Origin: Puccinia triticina
Lineage: Eukaryota
Length of the DNA: 64,000 nt
Assembly (NCBI GenBank): GCA_026914245.1
Contig: CP110440.1
Coordinates: forward strand, 620,001 to 684,000
Reading direction: 5' to 3'
In this document: positions 60,611 through 64,000 of the stretch, piece after piece
Numbering within the stretch: position 1 is the first letter of the stretch
Layout: every line of letters starts with the position of its first letter
Made by a program: the position numbers and the translations under genes
The notes under the pieces: generated by a model
Seen by the model: the letters and a program-made list of their open reading frames with translations, nothing else
Database searches by the model: none
Told to the model about the DNA's origin: nothing

Positions 60611-63316
60611 TAAGGCTGGGGCCCGAACCCCGGCTTTCGGGAAATGCCCCGGGGCGTATGCCCCGGGGTGAGGGCATCGGGATGGGACTCAAGTCATGCC
60701 CCGAACCCCGGGTCATGACAGGCTCTGCGGATGGGGGCAAGGGTGCATCTTTTTTTTGAGTTTTTAACTCTTTTCTCTGCTCAAAACTCATTTTATTTAC
60801 ATTCTACTTGTGTAGATGTGACTCAGACTGAATGAAATGATGAGATTACAATGGGCCATCAAAGGCTCGGTACCATTCCTTGAGGCAAATAAGTTGCTCC
60901 ACGCTTTCGGCCTTGAGGGAGGATTGCTGCCAGGAAACCACCCGCCTCCCCTTAGAGAAAACTCTCTCTGACGAGGCGCTGGTCGCAGGAATGGAGAGGT
61001 ATTTGCGTGCCATCTTTGATAAGATCGGAAACGTTATTTGACGATTCAACCAGTATTGAAGAGTCCTCCTTTCACGCGGCTCGATTTCTTCCTTGAGGTA
61101 GTGCTTGATTTCAGCTGAGACTCCCTCGAGCTGATCAGGTTGTTGGTATAGAGCTTGAGCAAAGAACCCCCCGCTAGTCGATGGAACGAAAGAATGAGAT
61201 TTAGTTTTGGATGCATCACCTGTTTTCTTGAACTCGTTGTTGTGCTTCTCTTCAAAATCACGCGCAATCGAGGTGAAGGTTTCAATAATGTTGTCCGTTG
61301 ATATCATGTAGTTCTCCATAATGAAGTCGCCATTATTCTTCCAAAACAATGTTTTGAAACTTGGATCCAAGATCATTGCACAAATATAGATGGGTTTGTT
61401 GAGAGCATCATTCAAGTATCCACTGATTTTTTCAATCATCCGACTAGCAACCGAGACAAGCTGAGATTCGCTAGAAAGACCACGTTTGAGTTCCTTTAAA
61501 GTTTTGTCAATTGTAATGTAAATCGGGAGTGCGGAATTCAATGACGGATAACTTGCTGCACAAAGCATGTCCGTTGCCTCGCTGAGGGGCTCAAGCAAAG
61601 TCATAACTTTCTTTGCTTGGTCCCATTCTTCCGGCAATAAGAGATAGCGAGCGGTTTCGCAATTGGCTTGGCAAAATTGGGTACAGGACTCCTGGAGAGC
61701 AATCGCGCGTTGGAACATTTCTTAGGTTGAGTTCCAGCGCGTCTTTACATCAATCTCAAGGCATTTGACGCCCTTTGCATAAAGATCAGGTTGAGCAAAA
61801 CTGACAGCTCTTTTGAATCGTTCTCGTCGCTGCGGGGAGAAGCGCACGTAGCTAGATAAACCGTGAATTCGCTTCAGGATGGTGTTTGCAGCTTTAGGTT
61901 CTTTGGCAGGAGTGGTAAGCTGATTTTCATTTGAATCGGTTTCCAATTCTGTCGTGAGGATCGATTTTCCGTCTAAGTCATCTTCAATTGTTCCAAGCAC
62001 CAAAATCCCAGCGGTAGCGGCTAAATTGATGACATGCGCAATACAACCCAGTAAATCTGTCTGGGGTTTGAATCCATCGAGCTGGAGAGCTAGCTTGTGG
62101 GCCATCTTGTTGTTCGTCGAGGCGTTGTCGGCAGTGATTGTATGCAACTTTTCAAGGCAGCTGTAATTGTCAAGAACATCATAAAATATATTGGCAAAGT
62201 TTTTGCCCGTATGATTTCCTGGTGAGAGTTTTCAAAACATGGGTTAATTAGGTTGGGAAAGAAGATGTAATGAAAATTTAAGCAAACCACCAACCTTGAA
62301 CATGAGGAACAGCAAGTGTGATGTCTTTCATCTCAAATTTTTTGTTAATAAAATGGACTGTTACCGCCATGAACGCAGTAACATTCGGAGCAGTCCAGGC
62401 ATCATGAGTGAACGACAGAAAATCCTCTTTGAGGAGTGATTGAATCTTGATGGTCTCTTGGCATTGAATATGTACCCTAGCGAGATGATTTGTGATCGTT
62501 TTTTGGCTAATTTGATCCAATAAAGGCATTGCTCCCTCGTTGAGAAGCCGAGCAAAGTCACGGAAAGATTTTCGCTCAACCACGGTGAATGGCAGGTCGC
62601 ACTCTGCCAGGAAGTAAACAAGGGCATTCTTGATTGATTCACTATTAAGTTCAACCTGAAAGTGAAAGAATTTTCTTGTTTAATAAATCATAATATGTTG
62701 ATACAAAAAATAAAGTGATTATAAAATGACTCACCTTTGCTTCAATCTTTCCTTTTTTTGCCCATTTTTCCATGTCAAATTGATTATTCTTTGTCTTATT
62801 CTGGATAGTCGGATCGGCCAATCGATGGGCTGACAAGAGGTGTCCATGCAGATTCTTGGTACTACCGCTTTTGTCCTTTTTCAATCGAGTTCCGCATAAT
62901 GCGCCGTTCTTCCGGGCTATCGTGACCTGGCACACTACCTTGTTGGTTTCTTTGGATTCAACAAAGTGGTTCCAAACCCAAGATCTTTTGAGTGATCTGG
63001 GTGGCGATTTTGATGGTGCATCTCCTGCTTCATCATTGGATCCAAGGTCAATGACTGTTTGGTTCGAAGGCGGAGGGGTGCTAGAGCAACTGTTGGATTG
63101 GATTTTTTTGCGCTTCATTTTTTTAGGTTGGCCGTGGGATCCGGATTGTTGTCTGTATATATGGTCCGAGGCTCCAGCGGCAACGACTATATTGCCCTCA
63201 GGGGTTGATTTTTTTTTGGTTCCATCCCCGGGGTTCAGGGCATGCCCCAATCAGTCCGGGGTCTGTGCTTCGGGACAAGCCTCATGCCCCGTCCCGAACC
63301 CCGGGTCCCACCCTTA
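60611..63316 (-). mobile_element. Complete hAT DNA transposon
   Basis: TIRs TAAGGCTGGGGCCCG/CGGGTCCCACCCTTA and perfect 8-bp TSD CTAAGACC. Confidence 0.95.
60846..63118 (-). pseudogene. hAT transposase (3 exons) with one in-frame TAA
   Basis: BED finger, DAWT, ADNAS, CIAH, RWNST then TAA at 61722-61724, SSERVFS. Introns at about 62734-62656 and 62294-62219. Confidence 0.88.
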
Positions 63317-63566
63317 CTAAGACCAAAACTACACAGGAAACCATGGAAAACACACCTTACACCCCTCTGGCTCAGCAATTACAACCCCTTCAATACACAT
63401 CATTCAGTTACATACACACAAACACTCTACTTGGTTCATGTAATCTGTTACATGAGCCACACTTACCCAGGACCATGTAATCCATTACATGTACCACTCT
63501 GACAACCTGTGTATTCTTTTACATATACATTACATCATCAGCTGCACTCATTACATCTAATATTTT

Positions 63567-64000
63567 TGTCAGCCATCTGCTAGTCCAGACAGTGCAGAGA
63601 CTGACAACCTGCCAGCCGCTAAAAAGGATAGCGGGCCTTGGGCCGTGTCTACGGCCAAGGCTTCTTCTTCTGTCTGAAAAGGAATCTGCTCTCAAGTGAG
63701 AATATTCCTGAACACTCCCCTGGTTCCCGCTCTTGAGTGAGGGCTTTCATTGTGCATTTTCTACGCAGCTCTCAGGGGATTGTCCCTGAGCCATTGGATG
63801 GTCATCGGACCACAAGTCAGCCCAGCTACAGCTAGAGTATAAGTACAAGGGCCCTTTTCCCCAAGAAAGGGCCCCCCAGATCATTCAACTGCCAAGCTCA
63901 CCTTATTGCTGTATTCCAACATACACTGATTGGGGCTTTTTTGACTGATCCACACTATACATTTTTTCCTTCAACTTCCTCCACCACTGAGCCCGCTCCT
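63567..64000 (+). repeat. Probable LTR start running off the window
   Basis: TGTCAGCC start like family A, and a TATAAG near 63838. Confidence 0.35.

Overview
Eukaryotic, TE-saturated fungal DNA. The Copia PBS GGTTATGAGCCC, the TE types and the short GT-AG introns suggest a rust fungus such as Puccinia; this is an inference. One clear host gene was found: a multi-exon secreted sedolisin/tripeptidyl-peptidase (S53) at 37065-40183 on the minus strand. Most of the rest is nested mobile DNA: a young full-length Gypsy (11157-23068), a degenerate Copia, a gag-less Gypsy, two non-autonomous LTR elements, several solo LTRs, hAT elements, CACTA-type, Tc1-type and hAT MITEs, and MULE-like foldbacks. 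Five observations stand out. (1) The young Gypsy carries an antisense, intron-rich transcription unit with a reconstructable 4-exon 330-aa ORF. (2) A miniature LTR element (TRIM) has 215-bp LTRs containing a tRNA-like Pol III unit, and one copy has a fold-back 5' end. (3) A non-autonomous Gypsy has a PBS that is a 33-nt copy of a tRNA 3' end fused directly to the integrase tail. (4) A U-UUU-UUA -1 frameshift lies after the protease rather than before it. (5) MITEs from three superfamilies share similar GAGGGA/TCC hairpin arrays. Coordinates were read by eye and may be off by a few bases.
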